Of a DNA stretch of 64,000 bases, positions 26,321 through 40,553 are shown one piece after another. Positions within the stretch are counted from its first letter, which is position 1, and each line of letters opens with the position of its first letter. The stretch is from positions 14,694,001-14,758,000 of the forward strand of contig CM022665.1 of the NCBI GenBank assembly GCA_012295275.1, read 5' to 3'. The notes beneath the pieces are model-generated. The model saw only the letters and a list, made by a program, of their open reading frames with translations. It was not told where the DNA came from and ran no database searches. This DNA comes from Chrysomallon squamiferum. Its lineage: Eukaryota; Animalia; Mollusca. The translations under genes were made by a program, and so were the position numbers.

Positions 26321-29300
26321 AATTGCATTGGTAACTTACTAACTAATTTGAAAGGAAAACAGTCTAAAAGGTGCATCAAGGACACTAGACCCTGTGACCA
26401 AACAAACCTCAGGGTAAAGGTTAATTAATTATCACTTTAGAGTCTAGGGGTTGAATCATATGGATCTCATTACTGAAAGCACTTAGTTTCTGACATGATT
26501 ACCTCAAAATTAATTCAAACTGACATCAGTTATAAATGTTAACTTAGAAATATTTACTACCTGTGAGCACAGGTGTAGATAAAAAATTAAAATAATAATA
26601 AAATCCATTTACACTGACAAACAGTAACAAATAAGTATGAATTCTGTTAAAAGCAAATGATGAAAGAACTGAAAGCCAGTATGTAGGCCTATGTCGGGGT
26701 ATGGTACAAATGGCACCATGTGTGTATATGTATGTGTATATGTGTATATTAAACTCTGATATAATACTTATGCTTTGTTAAGCAAAACCATGTGGCTGAT
26801 AACTATATTTTTAAAAGTACTTTTAATTTTTTTTTACAACCATATAGTCACTTAGGTGTGTTTGTGTGTATGACTCTGTGAGTGTGCTTATACATATTTA
26901 TATGTATGTGGGTGTGTATGTGAATGTGTAGGTGTATACATCTATGTATCTTAAATTATTTAAAGACAGCAATAACTTAATATAGAATCATAATTACATG
27001 TACTGTAAAATCATTTATTATATATTTCTATATGATGCAAAACATATGATAATAATGCTGGAAAAAAATACATTTTTAAATATGAAGACGCTTTTCTCTA
27101 AAAACTTGTAAACCCTGAGCCATAAGACAATTTCCCTGTCACAATTGTAACATCATAAATTGGAGCCACAAGGGTCGCTAAATATAGAGCTTGGTTTATT
27201 TACTCTGCCCGCCCTCAGCCCTCACATATATACAGAAGCTTAACTCTGTTTGTTTCTCATAAATATGTTTTGCTCCGCCCAGCAAATAGACATCAGATTT
27301 GCAGCAAACACCCACATTCACATGAAAGTGAAAATATTTTAAATGTTTATAACCAGCCCTGTGGTTTAAACTGTGTTTATAAAATAGTTGTACAAAGTTT
27401 GATTCTCAAAGCCTTTTGTGAATGTTTGATTGGTGTCTAATTCACACAATGGTGATGCAGCTGGTGGTAGAAAATTCAGTTATAACATTAAATAATAATA
27501 ATAATAATATTAATAATAATACCAAAATGGCATGAACCATTTGTGCATTATTAAAGGTAAAGTATTTGCTGTTATTGTTATGTTCACAGAAACAGTTCTA
27601 ATACAAACAGATGTAAATGACTGTATTTTAGCCATAACACAACAAAATGTATAGACTGCATTTAACCATAACACAACAGAATTAAAATATTCTACATAGC
27701 CTGAAGGTGAAATATAAAAGTGGTAATTACAGGAAACCTTGACAATTTATGCTCATAATTAGATGTACACAATGCCAGACCAAACTTTTCATCAAAACTG
27801 CTGATACATGGAGTGTATCTGTAATAGACTGTTTATACAAAGTCTCAGTGAGTTTTTAAAAGCTTTCTTCTTTTCATATAAAAATTAATTTGACTGTCAC
27901 AAGATAATGGATTAAAAAATGAGCCTATTTGAAAACTGTGCTTTATAAAGCTGCCAAAATATAATGTGTTTATCCCATATTATCAAAATGAACAGACAAA
28001 CAGATGAATCTGTTCATAAAATGATAACTGAAAGGGCAATACCAAAAAACAGTAATGAGATTTACATTATCTCTTTATCCCTTCTTTATAAAGCAAGAAA
28101 TATATAATAATAAATTGCCTCCAGGCATTTTCTTGTTTACGTTTGGTTTACATAAGATGCAAGCTGTTGTGTGACTGTAGCAGTGGTGCTGCTGGTTGTA
28201 ATGACAGTGGTAATAGTAGTTATAGTAGTAGTAGCAGCAGTGTTGATAGTAGTAGCAGTAGAAATATGTTTTAAAATATTTAATGGCGGCAATAAATTAA
28301 TACAGAATTATTATCAAATTCCTACTGAAATAATTATTTAAGTATTCCTATAATTATGATGTAAGACATATGATAACAAAGCTAGAAATAATACATTTCA
28401 AAATATGAAAACTTCTTTCTCTCACAATTTGCAAACACTGAGCTGTAATAGTATACAGTAGTAGTAGTTTAGTATTATGACTGTAGCGGTGGTGATGTTG
28501 GTGATAGTAGTGATAACAGTAATAGCAGTAATAGAAATAGTGCTAGTATCAGTAGTACGATAGTAGTAGTAGTTATAACAGTAGTAACAGCATTAGCTGA
28601 GTAATGGTAGTATCAGTAATAGTTGAGTGCCAGTGGTGGTAGTAGCAGTAGCAGTAGTAGGAAATGCCATACAGTTTAAATCAGAAGATATGTTTATATA
28701 TGTATTTTAATTGTGAATTGTTATAATAACAGAAATTAAACAAATGTTGGTGTTTTTTTTTAAAAATGTATTATATTAATTTAGAGACCCAGACAACATG
28801 AAACAGCCCACACCTACCTACTGTACAAAAAAAAACCAAATAACAAATGTCTACATTATCTTCAACTCATAGTAATAAAACCCAAGACACAGCCCAGTTC
28901 AACATTAATCAGCAGAATCCAGGAACAAGAATTGATTTATTAATGAAAGCTGGCATGGCTAAATGCACAAAGCACAATTAAAATTGTTATTATCCAGGTG
29001 ATTGAAACAGTAGTGTGCAATAAATACATTAGGTAACACATGCTGTAAAAGATTCCATGTGTGTCAATGATATCACACCTGTATGAGAACATTTAGAGTG
29101 TGTTTTCAATTATCTCAATGTATATTTGTTTGTTTACTGTTGTTTTGTGGTGTTTTCTCTTTTTGTAATTGAATTGTTTTAAATTTGTATTATTCACTGT
29201 AGTATCACGTGTCTTTTTAATAATGCACCTTCATAATACACATGTTAAGTTTATGAACAAACACACATACGTATTGCTTGGTTTTTTCTGACATTCTCTT

Positions 29301-29507
29301 CTCCTCTTTGAAAATATGTTTATACACACCAGTTTCTAAATGCAAACATAAACAACCACATACAGCTCAATATTTACATGTCATGTAGTCATGTTTACCA
29401 ACAACTTACATTCTACTGATTCAAACAATGTACAATTACTGAATAAATATATCTGAATACAAACACAAATAAATCTTCTACTGCATATCCAAGTATGCAT
29501 GAATATG

Positions 29508-29544
<37 letters not shown>

Positions 29545-32500
29545 AGACACAGACATACACATGATTATAATTTCTGCATATAAACACAAACATGACCAAC
29601 TATAGCACATACTGCAAGCAATTCAGCCAAACGGCATAAGGAAATTTATATTTATTTTAAAATGCTAACAACTGAAAAAAATCGGAGTGAGACATAAAAA
29701 CATGTCAGTTTTTATCAGAATGACTAGTGGCAGGTATTCTCCTATCTCGCAGCTGAGCAGGAGTCGGACTGGAGCAAATAAATCAGATTTCACATGCTGC
29801 CTCTACAGCTGATTTTGATCAACATCATTCTGCCCACCACTGCTGCTGCAGCAACAGACTACCAGGACAAAAAGTCTGTGATGCCTACTAGACCAATGTA
29901 TCCTAGTAACAACTGCCAATTTAATTGGTAGTGTACACAAACACACACAAAAAAGCACCAAGTGATTTATATTTGTGTTAATGTGATTACTTTCCATTCT
30001 GGCATCTGTACACCTTTCAGATGTAACTGGTAGTAGGATAAAACAAAACTGGCATTTCCTAACAGATTGTGTGGTATAACTATTTTTTAATTTTTTATTT
30101 CCCCTTTAAAAATCTTCAGAGATAAACTATTCATATTACATGATAATATATGTAACTGCCATGATAAATAAATATACTGTTTGTAAAGTTAATTTCAAGG
30201 TGAACATGTACCTGCAATTTTAAACAAACTATCTACATTCCTTTGGTATCTAACTGGGAGTGTATTTGAACTTTAAGACAATTTTTTTCTAATCATAAAG
30301 TACAACAAAATAACAAATGCTAAAAAAGAAAACATGGTGGCTAACATTTTCTATTCTTTTTTGCTGATTTCGTAACATCACATACAGAAATGCTTTTTGA
30401 AAACCTGTCCTTCTTTGGCAATGATTTAATTACAGTTTCACTGAGTAGTTTATAAGCAATATTTTTATAACCTGTTACGTTTTGGAAGGTTTTTTGGAGA
30501 GGGGACATTTTACTCTCTTTTTTTTTGTTTTATGAAGGATAGCTTTTTAAAACATCTGAACATAAAAGTAAAAAAGTAAAAATGCTATCTTTATATTTTT
30601 CCCCATGCTTGTCAAAGTGCTTTCATACTTTATTATTAACAAAGGCCGATTTTTATAATTTACATACCAATCATGTTATCATATAAAACATAGTTAAGCT
30701 ATTTGTTTGCATAACTACAGTTTTACTTTAGAACATTTATAACTGATTATTTCTAGGTATTCTTTATCATTTTCTATATCATAACAATTCTACTGAAAAA
30801 TAAGGTTGGATATATATCATTTATAATTATATAATTAAATTAGTTTTGTAATACCTTATGTGTATTTTATTACTTCTTCCCAGAAACATTTCTGTATATA
30901 AATAAACAAATAATTCATTTGGTGGAGTAGTTATAAAATATTGGCTTAATAACATGTTTAATACTGCATTGTCTTTAGACTATGGATTATTTTATCTTTA
31001 TCATTTAAAATTACCTTTTCAGAAAATAATGTCATATATGATATTTTATAAAATAATTATTAAATAGATTAATTATCAAATTCATGAGAAAAATAATTAA
31101 ACTTACTAGCAAAAAAAATATATTTCAGGAAATAACAGTCAATTTCAATTAGAAACAAAACAAGCAAAACTGCAAGTAATCCTAAAGAAAAAAAAACATA
31201 TTTAAAAAAGTTGATAATATGTAATAAAACTAATATTGATTTTCCACATTTATACAACACAAGATCAGATCAGCAACAATTTCACAACATACAGCTTACT
31301 TAGTAACTATTAAATACACAAAACATTTGCATATTTGAACTAATACAGACCCCTCCCACCACCAAAACAAAGAAGAAATGTTAAGTCCAGTGCAAGAACA
31401 GAAAAGTGGAAACTAGAAGATGGACATTTATGTAGATATTGTACAAAAATGAAATTCAAAATGTCAGCTGCAAACGTGAACGATTTGAAATAATTACATA
31501 GCATAGGACTTTTGTTGTTATTATTATTATTTTTTTTATTACTATTATTTTTTTTATTTTTTTTTTTTTAAATTATATTATCAAAATGTGAAGGTAAATT
31601 TGTAGAAAGCAAAGAACATTGAGTATTGAAGAGTAATTTTAAAACTAAATAAGATTTTCAGAGTATGCAAATGATCAAGACATTTTTAATTTAAATGTGC
31701 ATTTAACAGTATAAGATCTATAATTATTTTACTTTTATTTCAGACTACTAAACCACAGGGTTTTAAAAAAGGTAAAAAAGCTAAGCAAGTTAATAAAGCA
31801 TTTTCAAAAATGCTGTTTAATTCACATCTACAAAAAGCAAAAAGCATTTCTATTAAAGAAAACAAATTAAAATTTAAAACATTATATACAAAAGAACTGC
31901 AATAATTTTAACTTACTTTTAATTTTTTTTTTTTTTTTTTTTTACATTATTATTCTTATTATTATTTTCTTTCATTTGTGTTTGGCTTTTTTAGTTTTTC
32001 CTCTTTTTCCCCTTTTTTTTCAGTGAAGGGTCACTTTATTTTTTCTCTGGGGCAACTTCCCAGCATTCCCTTTCCATATGTCGTAATAAGAGGTCATTTA
32101 ATATCAACATGTGAAAAGATAATTATGGAACTTTCTAACCTAGGCTGGATTAAAGAAATATCAAGAAAGCAGGTTGTTTTTATTTTTAACTTTAATATAT
32201 GTGGTACATTTAGATAAAGTAAGTTCCATATGTGCATGTACATGCAGTTGGTGATAAACACAATTCTACAAAACAACACAGATGCTGCTGACAACACTGA
32301 ACATATGTATTTACATGCTGGCTGTTAACACCTCTTTTTATTTTTTAAACAAAGAATACTTTAATTTAATCATTATTATATATGTTAGATGATATTTGTA
32401 TTTTTATTTTTTTTATTATGACCCTCAAAATAATCTATATTAATTAAAACTGTTGATATTTCTTGCAATTAATAGTTTAATTTTATAGACAAACTTTTTT

Positions 32501-33449
32501 TAAAGTTATATTTTAAAGTATTAACTTACTTTTACACTTGTATCATTTTATTAATCATGGTTTATGCATCTGTATTTTGAACTTACTCATTTATATTTTA
32601 ATTTAAAAATAATTTAATTTTGTTTAAATCCTAATGTATATACATGATGAAACTACCAGTTTATTTCTACATTTTAAAAAATAAATTTTATATAAACTGC
32701 AGTTGTGTTTTGTATATATTATTTTAACTTAATATAAGACTAAAAAAATTATAGGTCAGTCATAATTTTTTTATCTTTAAAGTTACAGTTTCCAGAAATA
32801 TTCACTCTCCTTTTATTAAGTCATGATAATTTCAGCAAGGAAAAGTTACATCTGGAAAAAATCACTCTAAGAATTTGTTTTAAATGATAAGAAATGTACT
32901 AGATCTTAAAATGTTACATTCAGTGATGATGAATATCCTGACAAGTAAAAATGGTGCAATAAATTTAACAAAAGCTTTAAATTATACCAGATATATGGAA
33001 TCATATGGATACTTTGAAATAAATATTAAATAAATTACATAAATATGAAAATATCTAGATAATATTCAACTTCAAACAAGGACATTTTTTTTATTTATGA
33101 AATGAACTTTTATGGGTCAGTTTTGTATTGAAAATTTTAGATCATATAAATAAATGCTTAGCTCTTTCTTGCAAAACATATCAATACATTCATTATATAC
33201 TGAGCAACATTTATGAATAAATAAATAAATAAATAAATAAAAATAATTCAAGAACAATCTTTTTCACTATTTGAAAATTTATGAAACGCTTTAGATTTAT
33301 CATGACTTATACCAATAAGTATCAAATTTAAAAAAAAAATTAAAAATTTCTATGAAGTAGATTCTGCTTGGTGATATTACATTCAGTTTCTGAGGCCAGT
33401 TCACTTTTGCAGGAGACATTTACTAACAGTTTGATGAGTTGTCCCCTAC

Positions 33450-33542
33450 CTGGATTTCCTCTCAAAGAGGATAGCGATATAGGCAGCATTACAGGCAGGA
33501 ACAAAAGAAGAGTTGACGAAATAAAAAGTTCCAAGCAATTTC
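33450..33542 (-). CDS. TMEM135: TMEM135 coding exon 3 (93 nt)
   Basis: Acceptor TTTCTTTGAATTGACAG, donor CAG|GTAGGG. Translates (R)KLLGTFYFVNSSFVPACNAAYIAILFERKS(R), cf. human [31 protein letters not shown]; phases agree with exons 2 and 4. Confidence 0.95.
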
Positions 33543-35347
33543 CTGTCAATTCAAAGAAACAGAAATTAAGAAATGGTGCCAAGAAGTGATACTATATTTT
33601 TACAAATAGTAATAAATGCACACACCCAACAAAGTTAAAACTATCACAGTAGCAAAATGAAAAACATAATCATGTGATGTTACATTATATGCGTGTGTAT
33701 ATATATATACACACACACCTATTTTTTGTTTTTGTCATTGTTGTTTTAGGTTTTTTTTTAAAAATAGAGTAGAAAATAAAACAAACAAGACATCCCACAT
33801 TAACACTTTTGCTTTAAAAACTTGTTTTTATTATTTCATTTTGTTACTGTGAGGCAAAGACAAAAAACATTTGTTAAAACCAGCAAAACAAAATGAATTT
33901 TCAGGATTATCTCATATTTTCAGACAACAAGACTGAAAAATTATATAAACATTCAAAAAAAAACAAAGAAAACAAAATCACCAAATATCATCTCAATGCT
34001 AAATGCTTTTAATAACAATAATAATGATGATCATGATGATGAATTTTTCTTTCGTATACAGAAAATACCAATGAATCAAAATAGGAAAGGAATTTATATT
34101 TAACACTAACAAAACTGGAAGGAACATGTAACCCTGCAGAACATTCATTTTGCTGGCTTTAACAATTTAACAGCCTAAATAGTAATGATACTGATACCTT
34201 TCTTTTGCCTCTATGAGAAGTGAAAATGCACATGCTGGGATTCCACACATAAATGTATTGTAGAAAAAGTAAAACCCAGCTATTTTTCTGAAATATAAAA
34301 CATCGACACCATACACTCATTTATTAAGTGTAGGAAATATTCATTAATTCACAGTCAGTGGACAGCTAAAAAAATAAATTAATTAAAAAAAATAAAGAAG
34401 AAAAAACATTTTGTTAACAAAAATAAAATTAGAAATACACATGTAAAGACAAAAACATAATAAATAAATAAATAATTGAACAAATGATTCTGTCATGCCA
34501 ATTTTTGACAAAATTTGTGTAATCTTACAACAATAATAATAATAATAATAGTAATAATAATAACATATACTATGGTAGAGTTTTTGACAACATTTATTAT
34601 GGATTGTATCATAACTCAAAGCTCTAAATTAAATTTGTTGTGATACTTGGGGTTTTTTATAATCATTTGTTAGACAGTAGATCTAGAAATAGACCTTGTA
34701 AGTAAAATGTATTTATATACTTATAATCATATTAATTAGTTTACAAGAAACATAATTTACTCAGTATAATTATAGGTCTGACCCATGTATGCTCAGTATA
34801 TATATATATATATATATTACTTGAAATCAAAACCAACTGCAGTCAAAAATTAAATTTACACTTAAAATTTAATGTCTGGCATCAAGTATTTCAAATAAAA
34901 ATAGGAAAATGATCAATCTATTATGTTTTAACACTTCTGGGTAGATTTCCAATTCTTAATATAAAAGACAACATACTTGACTGTTATCTGTAACAGGTTT
35001 AATGAAAAATGTCTGTTGTACTTAAATATATTGACATTAAAATGATTTATGCAATGACCCGATAAATATATTGATATTTACTGGAAAAGATATATGAATG
35101 AATGAACACTTATTTAATTATATTTCATGTTAATGGTTATTAGGTGTCAAATATATTCCACTATGATAAATGTTTTTCAAGACTGTATGCATAACAGCTG
35201 TCAAAAGAAGGCAGGAAAAAAAATCTAAATATTATTATGTATGATACCTAATAATCATTCATATTCAAATATGTTGACATTTCATCCCCCGAAAAATATT
35301 CATTTATTTTTCATTTATTAATATATTATGAAACCATATATTGCAGA

Positions 35348-35412
<65 letters not shown>

Positions 35413-35414
<2 letters not shown>

Positions 35415-35716
35415 GGTTGAAAATCCTTTATTCAAAATACTTTGGACTGGAAGTGTTTCAGATTTTGGAATGTGAGGAGATGGTCTGAAAACAGGATCTA
35501 AGTCTAAATACAAATCCCATTTATATTTCATATACAGGTTATGCAAATGGACTGAAGGATTTTTATGTAATATTTTTCATAATTCTGTGCATAAAATGAT
35601 GTTTGTATGTGCAGAACAGTCTGAAAGCTGTATGATACCATTATTTCTGGCGTTCAGAGGTTTTAGATTTCAGAATTTTTAAGATTCATAATTTCGGATA
35701 AGAGATCCTCAACCTA
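35413..35716. mobile_element. Non-autonomous pogo/Tigger-type MITE (~304 bp), Tigger4/MER46-like
   Basis: Imperfect TIRs TAGGTTGAAAATCCTTTATTCAAAAT / ATTTCGGATAAGAGATCCTCAACCTA, inserted after TA within a (TTA)n tract, with subterminal (TTTCAGA/TTTCGGA) repeats. The interior resembles Tigger4 as I recall it. Confidence 0.8.
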
Positions 35717-35762
35717 TTATTAGTATTAGTATTACTATTACTATTACTATTACTATTATTAC

Positions 35763-35817
<55 letters not shown>

Positions 35818-37568
35818 CAAACACTGATTACATTTTTTTTTTTTTAATGGTCATTATCTTCTGTCCACAAAGGTTTTGTTATAAGCAATAAACAAATAAA
35901 AATAATAATGGTCACCTTTTCAGACTTTTTAGTATTAAAACAAGTCTATATAATTGTTGGAAAATGTTAATAACAAAAAGAGATAGATGTTTTTGCTATC
36001 CAATCATGTATGTTTTATTATAAATTCACCAATGAGATAATTTATAGCTGACTTAGAATGTAAAAGGAACTAAAACAATCATTCTAAATAAAATTTACTG
36101 AAAATTATGTCAAAAATAAAAATGTACCCATTTAGTGTTTTCACATATCTAATTTTACCTTCTTGTGATTGAAAAGTTATTTGTTTATTGGCACTGCCTT
36201 AGGTTTTATCAAAATGTATACAAATACCTATTCATCCCCAAGATATAAAATAAAACAAAAAATTAAAAATATGATGGATGCTTTATGTCAACCAGTGTCT
36301 ACATAAATACCAAATCAAATTTAATAAAGTATCATGTAACACTGGAAACAAACTGAACATAAATTAGTAAAACTCTGACGGTGATGAACACATGCCAGTT
36401 TCATCATAAACACCACTAATTGCTGACAAACATTTATGACAATAGAAGTAATGTTGTATTTGTCAACACGAGTAAACTAACATGTGACACAGCAGACTGA
36501 TAGCTTGACTTTACTGTGTTGAAAGATTTATTAGTTGACATACACAAATAGAAGCTACAGCATCAACTGCATGCTAATTATGAACTAAAAACCACTGTAT
36601 GTAAATATAATTATATAAACATCAAAGCCAGATCTTGTTTTATATAGACATTACAAAAGTCTGAAAGGGTTAATATTTCTTGAAATACAACAACAAAAAA
36701 TGTCTTTTGTATGCTTAAAGAAATACTGAGACCATAGACATAGCTGCTAAGCCTATTCATTGATATTAAACACCTATTACAAATATGCACAAGAATGCTG
36801 GTATATTAGACAAAAGTGTACAAATGTAGAGTTTTTAATAATGACTGCTTATTTATTATTTTCTGTGTTATAAACTTACAACCACCCATTTACTTAACAT
36901 ATAGTCTTTGTCAACCTAATGAGCCAATAAACACCCACTTATTATTATATATCACTTATTTCAGTTTATTAACAAACAGTAAATATGGTTATTATTCACT
37001 GATGTTAGTTTTCTTTTAGCAAACTGATTGGAGTCTTTTGATATGTCATCTTTTCTTTTGTTCCTATCTGTAACACTGTGATAATTATTACTCATCTCAT
37101 TATTTTATTAGTTTATTTGGGTAATGACTGTTTTCCAGCCAAGTTACATGGAGTAAAGTATATTAAAAATGTGCCTGCACAAATGAATTTCCATCATTTC
37201 GTTTCATTTTCTTATTTAATACAATAATCCAAGCAATTGGTATAATACTGTTTTGTTTTTTTATGTGTTTCTTTGGGGTTTTTTTTTAAATCCAGGATTT
37301 AGTATTCTGTATGCATTTAAGTTGTAACTGATTTTGTTACTAAAAGCTTATTAATCAATCGTTTTATAGCACCTTGTAACTGACTTTTTAAATGCACCTT
37401 ATATTTCTTAATTACACCTATATATGTATCCATATCAAGTAAAAATGTGCATTTAATATCACTGAATATGCAAAGCATCTGTGACATATGGTCTGAATAT
37501 TCCTTTAAAAGTAAAATACAAGTAATTTAGTTTTAAATGTTATTTAACTGTAATAAACCTTTCTTTAC

Positions 37569-37696
37569 CTCCACACACAAAAGAGTGCAATAAAAAGTGA
37601 TCCATTGACAGTGAGGAAAACTGTAGACTGAAGAGTTTCTAATAAATATTTCTTGAGGTAGTATTCCTTTCCTTTCCTTTTTAACAATGCAGCTAT
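37569..37696 (-). CDS. TMEM135: TMEM135 coding exon 2 (128 nt)
   Basis: Acceptor TTTTATTGCAG, donor GAG|GTAAAG. Translates IAALLKRKGKEYYLKKYLLETLQSTVFLTVNGSLFIALFCVW(R), cf. human [43 protein letters not shown]. Confidence 0.95.
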
Positions 37697-39541
37697 CTGC
37701 AATAAAACAGATGTATTTTTGTACACTTTTATTAAATATCAGTGGCATTTACAAATGTATGTTATTATATACTTATAAATACTAATTATAGTAACTGATA
37801 CATATGAATATGTGTATACATAATATACATACAAGCTCAACATTGTCATGTATATACATAGAAGTATAAAACAAAATAGTTATGAATATATATACCAACC
37901 TATATTTATAGTATGTAAATTGTAACAGTTAACAGACAAAGTGGACACATTTATTTATTAAAAATTGCTGCCTTTTTTTTAGCTAAATGAAGAAAATGAA
38001 AGTAAAAAAAATAAAATGTACTATGTTGTACCACTGCAGTGATATACAGTAGAGTATTTAATGACTACATTTCATCTAGTAAATGCAACTGTTGCCTTAG
38101 GCAAGTACAGTTGTCCCTAATGAACAGTGCTGCTGTAATACTGATTACATCTTCAAAACACATGTCATTAGCTTGCTGTAAAATCAGAGACCAGAAAACA
38201 TCCACACATGTGTGAATACAGACAACCATGAGGCTCCACACTAGCATCATTGATTCATGAGCTCATTTCATTAATTAACTTCTTTTTTTCTTTCTTTTTT
38301 ATACCTTAATGTTCTGTGTCAAGAACATATATAACTTCATAATAATTAAAAACACTATCAGTATATTCATCAATTGTCTTTTACAGTTTTTCTTTCATAA
38401 TAATGTTGTTATATATGTTATCATTTCAGTATATAAATATATATATATATAAATTCAAGTGTTGGCAAATGTAACTTTTAAAAATATGTAATTATCAAAA
38501 CATAAATATTTTAGTTCTGTTGGTAAATCATAGGTCTGCTAGAAAGTCTTCAGTTCAATGAAGCTAGAATGGTTATTTTGGCATGCACACAAACACATAT
38601 AACTGAAACTGTTAAACATCTGAAAGATTGGATTGAATATTAATACTATCAAAAAGGCATCTAAAGACTGTCTAGAAACTGATAAAACTGGTTCTGTCAT
38701 ATAGGATTTATTCCACAATAATACAAGATTTTCCCCATAACAATGTTATTACTGATCACTTAGGGTATAGCTATTTCAGTTCATTTTTAAATGAAGGTTT
38801 AGATTAAAACTTAAAGTCCTTTATATTAATTTGGAGAAGACAGCTTATTATGTATTAATTACTGGTCTATTATTTGAATATATGATAACTGACACTTCAT
38901 GGATCAGTTTATAATTAATTGTTCTAAGTATTAATTTAACAAGTCTGGAGCTCTACTGTTTTATTACATCATTTTATTTGTACACTTATTGATTATGAAC
39001 ATATGTTACACTTAATTACAAACATAATATCAGTTTATATAATTTATACTAGAAGCTAAACCTATAACTGATAGCAAGTTTTGTACTTTATTGCCCATTA
39101 ATATCATTGTTACCAACAGCAGTTTGGATAATATTTATTATAATGATGCCGTAGACCTTGCCACAAATATTTAAAGTTTGTGCTACTGACATATTAAGAT
39201 CTATAGTTTCAGACATGCTAATAAATATGAATTTTGTTATTAATTCACTAACTGTATATATAAAAACTAGCTACGGTGCAAAGGTCGCTTTATTTCAACT
39301 CTTGACTCTAGTTCATGTAATTACTTGCAATATATTTAACTTTTAAAATTATAATTTGTCGCCGATTTGCATTTGGAGGAGAGATTAACATGCGTTACAT
39401 TACTAATTGTAATTCTGCTATCATTTCCCTAACAATCGATTATTTTTACATTTAGAATTTACACATCAGGAAATATTGCAAATGGCAATCGCTGCAATGC
39501 TTAAACAAATGTATTTTTTATGCAACACTGACACAGCTTAC

Positions 39542-39688
39542 CAAATATAAAGAGCCATATATTTTGAAAGCTTCCTTGAATACTGATTGTGCAATATCTG
39601 TGGATGCTTTCATACAAAAAGGAGTCCAACAGTGTCCTAATTCATAACAAGAATAACTCAAAGTTAATGGTTTGCTTAGCACCGCCAT
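39542..39688 (-). CDS. TMEM135: Transmembrane protein 135, coding exon 1 (147 nt, phase 0)
   Basis: Translates MAVLSKPLTLSYSCYELGHCWTPFCMKASTDIAQSVFKEAFKIYGSLYL, matching the TMEM135 N-terminus as I recall it (human [23 protein letters not shown]...ESLKIYAPLYL). Start context AACATGG; ends at donor TTG|GTAAGC. Confidence 0.95.
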
Positions 39689-39790
39689 GTTGTTACAGGA
39701 AGTAAACACCCCATTTCGTTCAACCAATCCAAAATTGTTTTAGTGACTACTTCCGTTTCCCAATTTAGAAAGCACGTGGCTACTCATTGA
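39680..39790 (-). promoter_or_regulatory. Putative housekeeping-type TMEM135 promoter/5' region
   Basis: YY1-like CCGCCATGTT overlapping the start codon (39682-39691), ETS-like CAGGAAGT (~39696) and ACTTCCG (39749-39755), CCAAT (39724, ~39760), E-box CACGTG (39773-39778). CpG-retaining. Motif-level evidence only. Confidence 0.55.
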
Positions 39791-40067
39791 TCTAGTTAAA
39801 ACATTATCGTCTGCTGCAAAGCTCATGATCTATTTAAAAAATGTATATAAATAAATTAATTAATTAAAAATCAGCAGAACCTTCAAAGTTAGTGTTTCAA
39901 AGCTCTGTAATCACAATGTTTTAAATTACAGTTTGTCTTTATGAGGGGTGTTTTGTGTTTACACGATATACTTCAATGTTATAAATTTACAATCTAAAAC
40001 CCACAATTAGGCTATTAGAGGATACTAAAATAGAAAGAGGATGGGATATTATAACAACAGCATCAAC

Positions 40068-40103
<36 letters not shown>

Positions 40104-40358
40104 CTCCGTAATCTAAAGACGAACATTCTGCGACGATTTAGGATAATTTATAGTAAATATGTAATCACTCCAAAAAACCCACTATATATCTACAGTACTT
40201 CTAGATATCAACTTAAAAACAGGAATTAAAATATGTCATGAAAATTTTAAATGATACGGTATTTGTTTTAATGATTTCTGCAATAGCAGCTGAGTTGATA
40301 GGTAGAGTCTATATATAACATCGATATATTATACTCTCTCTCTCTCTCTAAATATAAA

Positions 40359-40394
<36 letters not shown>

Positions 40395-40443
40395 ATGCCT
40401 GTTTTAATTATGGAGAACATAAATTATATAAATTATATAAATG

Positions 40444-40553
<110 letters not shown>

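Noticed and set aside
33340-33589. ORF-track peptides on both strands over exon 3, and the 37533-37748 ORF over exon 2
   Set aside because: Wrong-frame or antisense shadows of real TMEM135 exons; the homologous frame is different.
1-39500. Intronic C/D-box snoRNAs in TMEM135
   Set aside because: Scattered TGATGA/CTGA motifs occur, but I found none with suitable spacing, terminal stem and rRNA-complementary guide by eye; a snoscan/Infernal run would be needed.
39689-39727. 13-codon upstream extension of TMEM135 in the ORF track
   Set aside because: It starts at a non-ATG codon; homology and Kozak context place the start at 39688.
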